Source: Octopus sinensis (taxonomy: Eukaryota). From it: DNA of 64,000 bases. Each line of letters starts with the position of its first letter. Positions within the stretch are counted from its first letter, which is position 1. Positions 25,414 to 37,659 of this stretch are shown here, in pieces. The position numbers and the translations under genes are program-made. The DNA lies in contig NC_042997.1 in assembly GCF_006345805.1 (NCBI RefSeq), positions 36,084,001-36,148,000 of the forward strand, given 5' to 3'. The notes below the pieces were generated by a model, which did no database searches, was not told the DNA's origin, and was given only the letters and a program-made list of their open reading frames with translations.

Positions 25414-26450
25414 ATAATGTTCCCTGGCCGTTTCAGTTTTTCAATAGTAGTTGTATTATATTTTCTCTCATATCATTGGAAATTTTACATTTCAGCGAGT
25501 AGAGGATGGAAAGAAACAAAACCACCTTTTGAATTGGCAAAAATACTTCGTGGCTTTACTAACTGCAGACAAAAGACGCATCACTGGAGCTCAATATAGA
25601 GGCTGAAAATACCTATTCGTCCATATTATGTGTGTGTATGTGGGTGAAAGTGTTCTGAGTGTGTGTGTTTGTGTCTGTCTGTGTGAAAAGCATCACATGG
25701 ATTCATAGGAAAGGTCTTACCTCTTTATATTAACGTTAGCTAAATGTGCGCAGAATTAAAATGTATGCCCAGTTAAGTGATCGTGCATCGCATAACTTAT
25801 TACGTATGCAGAGGGCAAGACAAGCTTGTGTAAAACTGCCTGTGTAGTCTGATGAAAGCACTTTCAAAATAATACTTTTACAATACAATTTCCTTCAGTC
25901 TTGTTAGAAAAAGGATCACAAGAAATCTATCCATTTATATCTGGAGATTTTAAGACGTAGTATTCATTCGAGAATTTAGAAAACATACGAAATCACAGAA
26001 ACGGGTTAAGGATATGATATATGTACACAGTCAAGAGATATCTGATTCTGAAACAGTTTCATATATTTCAAAAATATCGTAAAATCAGATGAAAGAACAT
26101 TATCCAGTATCGGAACCTCATCAAATATCTTCTGAAGCAAAATTAATTCGTCGCTTCCTCAGATTCGTTGGTTCAACAGATACCTAATTAGCATGAAAGA
26201 TCAAAAACTTTATTTCTTCAATTTTCATCAACTAGCAGACATTCTTGACTTAATTATAATTTTAAAACGCTACATCCTGAGATTTTCAACTCCATAGTGA
26301 TAAACTTTATTCACATATTGCAAAATGTTTCTATACCTACCTATTCGCTAGAAAATATCGCATATTCGTAGCTTTTCATGCGAGATAAAAAAAATTATTA
26401 TGACACGACCACTCTGTCTCTCTCTCCCTATATATATATATATATATGTA

Positions 26451-26566
<116 letters not shown>

Positions 26567-27009
26567 ATATATATATATATATGTATGTATGTATATAATA
26601 TACATACTTACATGCATACCTACATATGACTGTATGCAAAATATGCGTTTGTGTGTTTGTATGTGTATGTATATAAGATTGCAAGTATTGTACGTTTATT
26701 CTCAGTATTTCTTCCGGTTCTTACATTCTATCTTCAGCTCGAGTTTCAGACCGAGCTTACATTTCGTCGTTTTGGATCGATAAAATAACAGTCAACTCAG
26801 CACTAGGTTGGTATCATCGACTCACCCAATTCCCACCAAATTTCGAATTTGTGCCAAAATTGGAAACGAATTTCATAAACGCGGTGATCTACAAGAAATG
26901 TTAGAGCATAGCTCAAATAACGTAACGGGTATTCTTCCGCATCATTACGTTCTGATTTCAAATCCCGCCATGGAATAGAGTAGCAGACACATATTATATA
27001 TCTATCTAA

Positions 27010-27808
27010 CTATTTTGTTGGCATCCATTTTGTCTCGGGAGACAATGGAGTTGCACATAAAATAATCTAGTCTGGCTTTTACATTTCATGTCTTAATACA
27101 TCTCCTGCTGTGGCTGTGTAGTCCTATCCCGGACAAACACTCCCATTGGCAGGTACCGCAAATGTAGCGAAGACTTTGTCTGGCAGCCTGTAATGTCATA
27201 GTTTCTTGTTGACGTCTTTTCTTGTCTTTCCATTTCTCCTCTCTCTATGTCACTCCTTTGTGTTCCCTCAATTACGGTACATCGCCAATCTCCACTGTTG
27301 CTGCTACTGCTTCCCAGTTGCTAATATTGATGTTGCAGGCCTTCATGTCTCTATTGCAAACATATTTGTATCGTAAGAACGGTCTTCCCACAGGCCTAGT
27401 TCTCCTAGCAAGCTCTCCGTAGTGTGTGTCCTTGGGGATTCTGCCATCTTCCATACGACTTACATGTCCAAGCCATCTCATATGTCTTTGTGTGAGGAGT
27501 GCGAACATGCTTGGTATTCCGGGTTGCTTGAGGACATGTTTTTTGGGGACCTGATTCTGCCATTTGATGCCAAGGATTTTCCGGAGGCAGCGCAGGTGAA
27601 AGATATTTAGGCGACGCTCTTGGTGTGTGTAAGGCGTCCAAGTATCACTTCCATACATTAGAGTGCTAAGTACATATGCTTGGTAAATCTTTACTTTCGT
27701 GGTCTCGGTCAGCTTATTGTTGTCCCATGCCCGTTTGGAGAGTTGGGCATTCACAGCAGTTGACTTACCAATGCGTATATTGAGCTCAGCATCAAGGGAC
27801 AGATTGCA
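27010..27808 (-). mobile_element. 5'-truncated RTE-clade LINE (BovB/RTE-1-like ORF C-terminus and 3' end)
   Basis: ORF 27272-27838 reads LDAELNIRIGK..LSTLMYGSDTW..RRLNIFHLRCLRKILGI.WQ..RWLGHVSRMEDGRIPK..YGEL..RPVGRP.LRYK.VC.RDMK. It continues to a terminal Zn-knuckle YICGTC..GIGLHSHSRRC and the 3' end CCATTGTCTCCCGAGACAAAATGGATGCCAAC. Confidence 0.92.
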
Positions 27809-27934
27809 TATATATATATATATATATATATAATACATACATAATTACATATATATACATACATATATGTATATATTTATATGTATATATGTGTATATAT
27901 ATATATTATATATGTGTGTGTGTGTGCATAACAA

Positions 27935-29510
27935 CCAGAAAAACCTCTGTGCAAGTGGTCCTACAAGAGAACGGAGACCTCATCCCACTGGACAAGAAGT
28001 GGAATGCAAGTGCTACTACAAGAAACGGAAGGAAAGAACACAAGCACAAATATAAAGAGGGAAGGGGAGTAAAAGGGAAAGGAAAAAAAGGAAATAACTA
28101 AAATCGAAAGCCCCCAAACCACAAAACAAAAAAGAGAATACTCAAATATGGATACTCCAAAAGCCAGAGGAGAGAAGAAATTTGGAGTGAAGTCAAGGAC
28201 GTGCAAATGTTACCTGCAAGGCAAATGTTGGTATGGATAAGACGGTACAAACTGCCGGGTTTTTTCACCCAATATACCCCGTCAAAACTACAGGGAACTT
28301 AAGGAGAGATACTTCCCTGAGGAAAGGCACCAATCGTCTCCATAAAAAACATATAGAAATGCTGTGCGCTCTTCAGATGTTATGCGCAAGGCAGCAGCTG
28401 ATCAAGAGTCTTTTTTGTGTATGGTGCAAAAGATTGTGGAGCGGCTGACCTGTGACTGTCCGAAAGATAGAAGTCAGGCAGTAGTGGCCAATGTTGCCAC
28501 CTCAAAGAAAACAAACATAGTGAGCGGTGTTCCACAGGGCACTCTCTTGGGATCTCTGCTTTTCATACTGGGCTTCTCAGATATGCCTTCAGCTGCCCGG
28601 ATAGCCACCTCTGCTAGCTACTCATACGATACGAAATTCTCGCAGAAAATACAGAACCCCAGCACTATTGCACACCTGCAGCTGAGAATAATAATATGCA
28701 GTTTAAAGCTGAAAACTTCCTAGCCCTGCGCTACCAGAGACCAAAACTGAGTATAAAATTTACCGGGTACACTGATCCACATGGGATTATAATAATCCCA
28801 GAGGCTAAATCGGTGAGACTTCTGGGTAGCGACATGAGTGATGATACCTCTTCCCAAGTGCATATTACAAGGATAGCCATAAAGTGAAGACCACTTGCTG
28901 GATGGATCCTGAAAACGTTTAGGACCAAAAAGAAAGAAATCATGATGGCCCTCTGGAGGACATTCGTCCTCTTCCACCTGGATTACTGCTCCCAGTTATG
29001 GTCACCAGATAGTGTGAAAGTAACAGCGGAACAGCGGACCTTGAGGCAAACCAGCGAATCTTCACAAAGAAAATGATTTTATTGCAACTGTTCAGCTACT
29101 GGGAAAGGCTGAAACACATAAGACTCTACTACCTGGAAAGAAGGCGGGAGAGGTATGCAGTAACATACATCTGGAACATCCTGGAATGAATTTTGCTTAA
29201 TTTTGTCATTGACAGCTACACAAATGACAGAAGGATTCAACACTGCACTGTGTCAAAATTCCCAACAATGCTGTTGCGATTCGGGACTAGTTGCTCCAAC
29301 AGCTTTGGTTTAAGAGGCCCACAAATCTTTACTATTATCCCAAAGAGCCTGAGAGACCTACACAAATTGGACGTAGTTGTTTTCAGATCAAAATTGGAAC
29401 TCTTCCTTTCGAGAATCCCAGATGGACCAACCTCGCAGCAAGAGCTGAACATGAGAGTAGCGACTTCAAACTCCCCTATTCACCAAATCGCGGCGCCCTA
29501 ACATGCAGAC
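27935..29510 (+). mobile_element. Internally deleted CR1-like LINE (ORF1-like remnant joined to RT and thumb)
   Basis: SGVPQGTLLGSLLF..SYSYDTK (GVPQGSVLGP / YADDTK-like), HLDYCSQLWSP, LERRRERY..YIWNIL, NSFGLRGPQIF..IPKSLR..FRSKLELFL..IPDGP. The upstream 27935-28360 segment is assigned to the element by inference. Confidence 0.85.
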
Positions 29511-29706
29511 AGCTTTGAGCTGAAACAAAGGGAAATTTTATATACTTCGATAGGTTTCGGCCATTATTGGCCCAGGCCATGTCTAACTTAATAGCAATCA
29601 CATATGTGCTATAGTTAATATACCTTGTTATCTGGTGTTTCATACATGGCGATTATGTATTGTAATGGCAATTTCATTATGAGATGACAAAATTGCTGAT
29701 ATCTAA

Positions 29707-29742
<36 letters not shown>

Positions 29743-30704
29743 CATCATCATCATCATCATCATTATTATTTTTCTTACTATTATTTATTAATATATCTGT
29801 CAAATAATTGTGTAAAACATTGATGGCGCATATGTTATGCAACCATTAGAAAGACATATATTGAAATTCATATTATGCTTCCTTGCCTTAATTTTGATTT
29901 GAAGGGTTATCAGCATTTCATATAAACTATTCTCAAAGAGCATTGATTAATGTAAGCTAAATTATGTAATGTTATTGCCATTAAGAAGCAACAGTTGTCG
30001 CCCTCACCCCGTTTCGCTTTTGTGATATTTATTACCCACAATCATTACATTAAACTTCATTCGCTGTTCTACACTATTAAGGGTTAATTTTGAATATTAC
30101 TCTTTAGTGTTTTTCCATTTAAATGGAAACATATATATATCAATTAATATAAATGTTTGAACTAAACACTCGATATTAAAAACTTGGAATTTGGCACACT
30201 AAATTGCTTTCATAAAATTGTAATATTTATTTCTGTAATTATATCTATAATACTATGTCATTCATTCCCTCATTTCGTCTCTGCCATTCTCTATCTCTTC
30301 TATCTCTTTCTTGCTACCTATGTCTCTCACAGCATGCATAAATAATCGATTATTAATGTCTCTATGACACTCAAAACAGTCTATAACTATATGCATGTGT
30401 TCTGAGCGCATTTCTATGCATGAAGAGTGTGCAAAGGGGAAAATTGTCAATCGAGAAACTTGACATATTAACAATAAAGCTATAACAAGGAATACAAGCG
30501 AATTATTGGGAATACGCATGTTTCATATATATAGTTTTGAAATCTCGAACACTTAGATCCTAAAGAAGACATGTTATACGTACTTGGTCGCCCTTGATAT
30601 ATACTTTCATATATCAATTTATAAATGAATTTATTTTACCTTAACTGGTTGATTGCATGCTAACTACCTGATAAAATCTAACGTGGGTTTTATCTTAAAT
30701 TTTT

Positions 30705-30735
<31 letters not shown>

Positions 30736-30828
30736 TATATATAATATATATATATCCATATATATATTTGTATATCCATATATATATATATTTATATATA
30801 TATCTATATATATATATTATACATAATA

Positions 30829-30890
<62 letters not shown>

Positions 30891-30944
30891 AATATGTACA
30901 TACATACATACATACATACATACATACATACATACATACATACA

Positions 30945-30976
<32 letters not shown>

Positions 30977-31320
30977 AGTTCCATCTCACTTAATGATTAT
31001 TTACTTTCCTTACATGAAATATTATTTTGCTTTGTAAGAAATCGAAGTAGTTTTCGCATATACTATACCAATACATTTATACGGTCAAATGGTATTTCAA
31101 AATATGAACGCTGGTTAAATGATATATGATTAAATATCATACAAATATTTAATCAAATAATTTTAAATTTTAAGTTAGATGCCTACACACAATAAACTAA
31201 TATCACCAGTGCAGTATTCGTAGCCTCCATAAACTAAAGATTACGAACATTTACTAAATTGATATCAATATTAACATTTTGAAGTCGTAAATATGTTAAT
31301 CTTCAAACCACACATCTATA

Positions 31321-31735
31321 CTCTTTACTCTTTTACTCTTTTACTTGTTTCAGTCATTTTACTGCATCCATGCTGTAGCACCGCCTTTAGTCGAGCAAAT
31401 CGACCCCGGGACTTATTCTTTGTAAGCCCAGTACTTATTCTACCGGTCTGTTTTGCCGAACCGCTAAGTGACGGGGACGTAAACACACCAGCATCGGTTG
31501 TCAAGCAATGCCAGGGGGACAAAGACAGACACACAAACACATACACGCACATATATATATATATACATATATACGACAGGCTTCTTTCAGTTTCTGTCTA
31601 CCAAATCCACTCACAAGGCATTGGTCAGCCCGGGCTATAGCAGAAGACACTTGCCCAAGATGCCACGCAGTGGGTCTGAACCCGGAACCATGTGGTTGGT
31701 TAGCAAGCTACTTACCACACATCCACTCCTGCGCC
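31321..31735 (-). mobile_element. SINE family A, full length
   Basis: Colinear with 2003-2422. Confidence 0.9.
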
Positions 31736-32334
31736 TATGTTAAACTGTTTACACAGAATCCGTTCTAATGCCAAGTCATTAGGTCTAAAGATTGATATTG
31801 CGAGGGCAATAACGATTTAGGACTAAAAACATTATGCTATTGCAATATAACCTCTAGAATTCAAAAGTGAGATTTGAGTCGGCCTATTCTCCGCGTATGT
31901 AGAAATTCCAGAATTAGAATTATTTCTATTCTTTCACCGTTCACTCTGCTAATGCTTACCTACCCGTCGAGACCTAGAAATTTCCTTTTGTTTAGTTAAT
32001 TTTTGAAACTAATTGGATATTTTATAACAATTTTCTATCAGAACATAATCCTTGTTAACTAAATTTAAAAAAACTGCTGGCCGACTGATGGGTTATTCAT
32101 TACTTTTTTTCCTTTTATTTTCTTGTCTATTTTGCCCAATTTAAGAAAAAGAAAACAAACAAAAAAGCTCCAGTACTGGAAACAGAATTTAATGCATAGT
32201 AAAACCACACACTTCACATATTTTAGCTTAGTGATTCTTTGCATTTAGCAAGATTTGAATTATACATCGTAACGATTCTGTTCGATATTTTAGAGATGGG
32301 GTATTCTGTACATCATTTACATTATTTCTACCAG

Positions 32335-32380
32335 AACACCTGATGAAGTTTGGAGAGTCAATCAGTCGAAACGTTGTGGT
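32335..32380 (+). ncRNA. Minimal type-I hammerhead ribozyme-like motif with an intact catalytic core, in a 116-bp Penelope-like terminal remnant
   Basis: AACAC-CTGATGA-A-GTTTG-(10-nt loop)-CAGTC-GAAAC-GTT-GTGGT. Helix I pairs 4/5 and helix II 4/5 (including G-U), with palindromic AACGTT in place of helix III. It is flanked by 14-bp inverted repeats at 32310-32323 and 32412-32425. Confidence 0.6.
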
Positions 32381-32567
32381 CACAACAAACAAAATGAGGA
32401 CAAATTCGTCAAATGTAAATAATGTTCTAATGTTTCTGTGTTGATACCCAATGCGTTTATTAATGTTTTTTCTCTGGGTGGTACTTTAATTCATAAGTAA
32501 TTTTCTGAATCTCTAATTTTCGCTGAATTCTATCGTCAATATTTCTTTATGTAACAAAGCTGCGTTT

Positions 32568-32975
<408 letters not shown>

Positions 32976-34362
32976 TTCTCTCCTGGAATTTGAATTTATT
33001 AATCAGTTTGAAGGGCCGAATTCCATGACAATTTCTTACGTGCTTTAACTGTGTCTATGGCGTCTCGAAGGCTTTTATAATCCACATGACAAGGTTTCAC
33101 GTCATACATCAGCTGTATGGTTTTCTGTCGAGTGCACCTGCATCTGAGTCCTATAACATACAGCGTGCCAATTAAATATGTTAATAATTTTCAGAAAATT
33201 TTATCTAATAAGATTGTGGCGAGAGAAAAGGAATACTCCTTTTCGCATAGGATTGCAATAGCTGTCATAATTGCCTCAAATGTTGCTGTATATTATCTTA
33301 TTTTACTTATCTATTCTTTTTTTGATGCGTTATTCAAACCTCAAGAAAATTATTAGAATAGAGTCTGTTGTCAACAATTTCGTTTTCTATCAACTTTCTT
33401 CAGTTATCGCATTGTTTTAAGTAGTTCTGCCCATAAAAGACATTGTTTGAGAAATTGACAGTAAATGTGCTTGAGGAATTTTTACTCTTCACGTTTTCAT
33501 TTAACGATTAAGTAATTCAGTTGTTAGAAGTATTGAAATCACTTCAACGAACCCAACAAAAGCTCTATCATATATAATCTTATGATATTTTGCATTGTTA
33601 TTTCGTTTTTAATTAATTTTATGCTGTAGGGAGACTCATTAGTATCCTATTATACTTGAGGGAACTATTTTTTCAGAATTGAGATCTAACATGAGAAATA
33701 CCGTTCATTTTATTTTCCTGTAAATTACGTTTTCTGGGAGCTCGTGTGGGGAGCATGGTCGTATATGCTTCCATATCCCGCAGAGAAGGCATCTGTTTTT
33801 AATAAATGAAATGCTTCTAGGAAAATCCTGCTTCACAATGATTAATCTGAAATTATATCTGGCTTTGATAACTGGCATCAATATAGTCAGTGTGTAAACA
33901 GAGTATCAGTTAAATAATTGGGACGAAATACAAAAGGTCTTCATCTTGTGCATCATTATCATCATTATCGTAGTCGTCGTCGCCGCCGTCGCCGCCGTCA
34001 TCGTCGCTATTCATCATCATCATCACCATCATTATCATCATCATGGTTGTTGTTGATATTGGTGGTGGTAGATTCCATGGTGGTATAGGTGGCAGCGGTG
34101 AAGGTGTTGTCAATCGACGTGGATTGACAGTATTGTTAGAGAGTCAGAAACAATACTAAGTGATATTTTGCAACGATTTTTACGTTGTAAATTCAGATGT
34201 TGATGTTCTGCATATTCTAACTCAAATTGTACACCCTGTATAAGCTTTTTTCTCCTAATTTTCCCACTCTCTTCCTCTCCACATACTTCATGTACTCTAA
34301 AATAAATTTGTACTTTATGCTTCTAATATCCTTTCCTAGAATATAAAATAAATTTTAAATCT

Positions 34363-34567
34363 TTCTTCTTCTTCTTCTTCCTTCTTCTTCTTCTTCTCCT
34401 TTTCTTCTTCTTTTTCTCCTTCTCCTCCTCCTCCTTCTTCTTCTTCTCCTTCTCCTTCTTCTTCTTCTTCTTCTTCTTCTCCTTCTTCTTCTTCTTCTTC
34501 TCCTTCTTCTTCTTCTTCTTCTTCTTCTTCTTCCTTCTTCTTCTTCTTCTTCTTCTTCTTCTTCTTC
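34363..34567. repeat. (CTT)n polypyrimidine tract, about 200 bp
   Basis: Directly visible; it produces the poly-K/R/E ORF 34323-34604. Confidence 0.97.
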
Positions 34568-35113
34568 GCATCATTATTATTATTACCAGTATCGCGTTAC
34601 ACAATTACACGCAATTTCAAATCTGTCCTTTCGAAATTCATCACGTATTCGATGCCTAGTATTATTTCTCTCCGTATTGAACCCAAGTGAATTATACAGA
34701 GAACTTGTTTAAGTATAGCGACTGTTATTCCGATCAATATAACGTTACGTGCAATTAAAGATGTTTGCATTTTCTTCTGCTGTCTTTTTCCTGTGGTAAA
34801 CACATTGTTGCATTCATATCAGCAACATAAGTAAAACAATAATACCCCTCCTCTTAAAAGTATTTGCTTTCATTTCTGCAAGAGATTTCTTTATATTGAT
34901 ATGAGAAACTGGCATATTCTAGTATTGTGTATATTTATCTTACTATATTTCCCACAAGATCTAACAGCTTATTCCAAATTAAATATATTTTAAAGGCGAA
35001 ATGCAATATTGTATTGGATTTGATAACCGAGTTGTTTATTGTTTGCGTATTTAGGCCAAGAGAGATATATTGATATACTTCTTTGTTGTAAAAACACCTG
35101 AACGTGTGACTGC

Positions 35114-35151
<38 letters not shown>

Positions 35152-35212
35152 CATGAGCAGATATATATATATATATATGTTTGTGTGTGTTTGTGTATGT
35201 GTGTGTGTATGA

Positions 35213-35261
<49 letters not shown>

Positions 35262-35994
35262 GTGCCATTAATAATGGATTATCATCAGGGCATAATACTT
35301 TTCAAGGTTTCTGTTTTTCAGATAGCGCTAAACCTGGTAGTCCTAAGAGATACGACGTTGAAGTTCACCACCAGACGAAGTAGAAAATCCTCCCCTTCAT
35401 ATGACATTATACAAGAGAAAGAATGAACATTGAGCTTTACAGATTTATTTGCGCATCGTAGACTTGCATCTGTTTCTGATATAATTTATAGGTGTGTTCC
35501 TACTTCCATTTAATCCATCGGTCGATTGACCAATTGAAGAAACTGAATGACTTAACAAATGCTATTATAATTAGAATTTTTGCCACTCGGTGCGTGAGTG
35601 TAATTTGCTGCTCTCTGCGCGCGCTCGAAATAGGATTTTCTATCAATCGTTAAATTCTTTAATCGATCCATCAGCTGTTGTGTAAACGGAGTTAAGGACC
35701 CACCTATAGCACAATATCTGAAGGAACTGTAAATCTACAATTCACAATTACATTAATTTGTAAAGCCGATTATATATACAGTGAGAACATATAAACAATT
35801 TTACCACAAAGACTCCCACTTGAACCGCAACTGAAACAGTTTGTCTAGAAGCTGCCTGTCAAAGATGGCTACCGGTGGGAATGAAAAATAAAAATATTCG
35901 AAATTTGTTGTAAATAATGCGGATAATTCTCGTAGCTGTTCTCATATCTTTCCTCTTATTGTGTCCGTTATTCTTGTTATTTTTGACATTTACT

Positions 35995-36210
35995 TTCAGG
36001 CGGCGAACTAGTAGAGTCTTTTTGTACGCTGGAAAAGTGCTAAACAGTATTTCTTCCGAATTTACGTTCTGAGTCCAAATACCACCGGGGTCGACTTTGC
36101 CATTTCTCCTCTCCTCGTCGATAACATAAGCAACAGTTGAACAATGCGTTTAATGTAATCATCTTACCAAACTTCCAGAAATTGCTTGCCTTGTTCCAAT
36201 ATTTAAAATC
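35995..36210 (+). mobile_element. SINE family C copy (another partial copy at about 36660-36800)
   Basis: CAGGCGGCGAACTAGTAGAG..TTACGTTCTGAGTCCAAATACCACCGGGGTCGACTTTGCC. Confidence 0.65.
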
Positions 36211-36290
36211 ATTTTTACAATTTCCACTTCCTTTATTCCCATTAATGTCATTTCCATTTGTGTTTACCCTGCTCCCGTTGTTCCTTTAAT

Positions 36291-36603
36291 TTTTATTTAT
36301 TTATGCGCCCTTTTGAAGCCTAGCCAAGCTCAAGGGCCCGGTTTCTCGGTTTCTATGGCGTATGTGCTCCCACCCCCCTGCTGGACGAGACGCCAGTCCA
36401 TCGCAGCGTTACTCAAGAAACAGGAGGAAAGAGTGAGAGAAAGTTGGTGCGAAATAGTACAACAGGGGTCGCCACCAACCACTGCCGGAGCCTCGTTGAA
36501 CTTTAGGTATTTTCGCTCAATAAACACGCAGAACGCCCGGTATGGGAATCGAAACCGTGATCCTCCGACCGCGCTTCCGCTACCCTAACTACTGCGCCTC
36601 CAC
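36291..36603 (-). mobile_element. SINE family B-prime: family B head and body with a different 3' tail, 12-bp TSD
   Basis: The reverse complement matches family B from GGAGGCGCA to CTTTCCTCCTGTTTCT, then switches to ..GCGATGGACTGGCGTCTCGTCCAG..GGCTTCAAAAGGGCGCA(TAAA)n. The direct repeat TGTTCCTTTAAT lies at 36279-36290 and 36604-36615. Confidence 0.85.
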
Positions 36604-37599
36604 TGTTCCTTTAATAGTCAGTGGTAATTTTGATACTAATTTTAAAATAAGCATCATCTGGAAAATCACGGAATTCTGCCAAGGTCGACTTTGCCTTTTA
36701 TGCTTTCAGATTCGATAAATTCAGTAGTCGAAGTAATCGACTTACCTCCTCCCCCAACATTTCAGGCTTTGTGCCTTTAATAGAAAGGTTTATTTCGTTA
36801 ATGAATATTATGTTCAAGGTTATATGTTGTTGCGTATGAAAATTTCATGATATGCCTGTTAAATGTTTGATCATATCTACTAGATTTAGGGAAAAAAATT
36901 TATCTAATGCGGAACCAATTTCTCACACAATTTTAGATGTTCCATATAATACGAACACTGGTTTGAACTATGAAATACAACCCTTATAAGATTTATGATT
37001 TATGGCTAGGTTTAGTGTAATTGTTATCAAGAATGTTTGAGTCATTCCGATTGTAACTAAAGTATGCTTTTGTGTTCTTATTACCGACTACCTTTCTTTT
37101 ATTCTCTTACTATTTGCATTTGTGTATATTTCATTATCAGGTTCCCATTCTAAATTTGGGCTTTTCCCTTCTGTAATAGCAACGTTAGCATTAACATTAT
37201 CGTTGTTCGCTTGTATGATTATCTCTATATCTTTTATGTTTTTTCGTCATTTCCATTTCGATTTTCATAGGCACTACTTTTGAGAGGTGTATACCTTAAT
37301 TTTATGATATCCTGCACGTGAATTGGATATTCTTTCATTGGCATAGGCCCTGAAAATTCTCTTAGGATGACGATCCATTTCAGTGCAGAATGAAGATGAT
37401 AGGAGCTTTTATTTATATACCATAGATACTCGTTTGGCATATGACAGGGTTTAAATTGCATACCTAGTGTTTAATTTGTTACGCTAAGGAAAGTTACTAC
37501 TTCATGCACATTTTAATTGTTATATACTCAATTGCATGCACATACAGGGAAAATAACACACACACACACACACAAATGTATATGGGTAAATATATACAT

Positions 37600-37659
<60 letters not shown>

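Noticed and set aside
25845-25875. CTGATGA followed by a short stem; also CTGATGA at about 40888 and about 61206
   Set aside because: No correctly placed GAAA box or UH site.
29545-29580. Minus-strand GGCCA-ATAA-TGGCC-GAAAC hairpin resembling hammerhead helix II
   Set aside because: The CUGAUGA box is reduced to CTG, and there is no valid helix III/UH or helix I.
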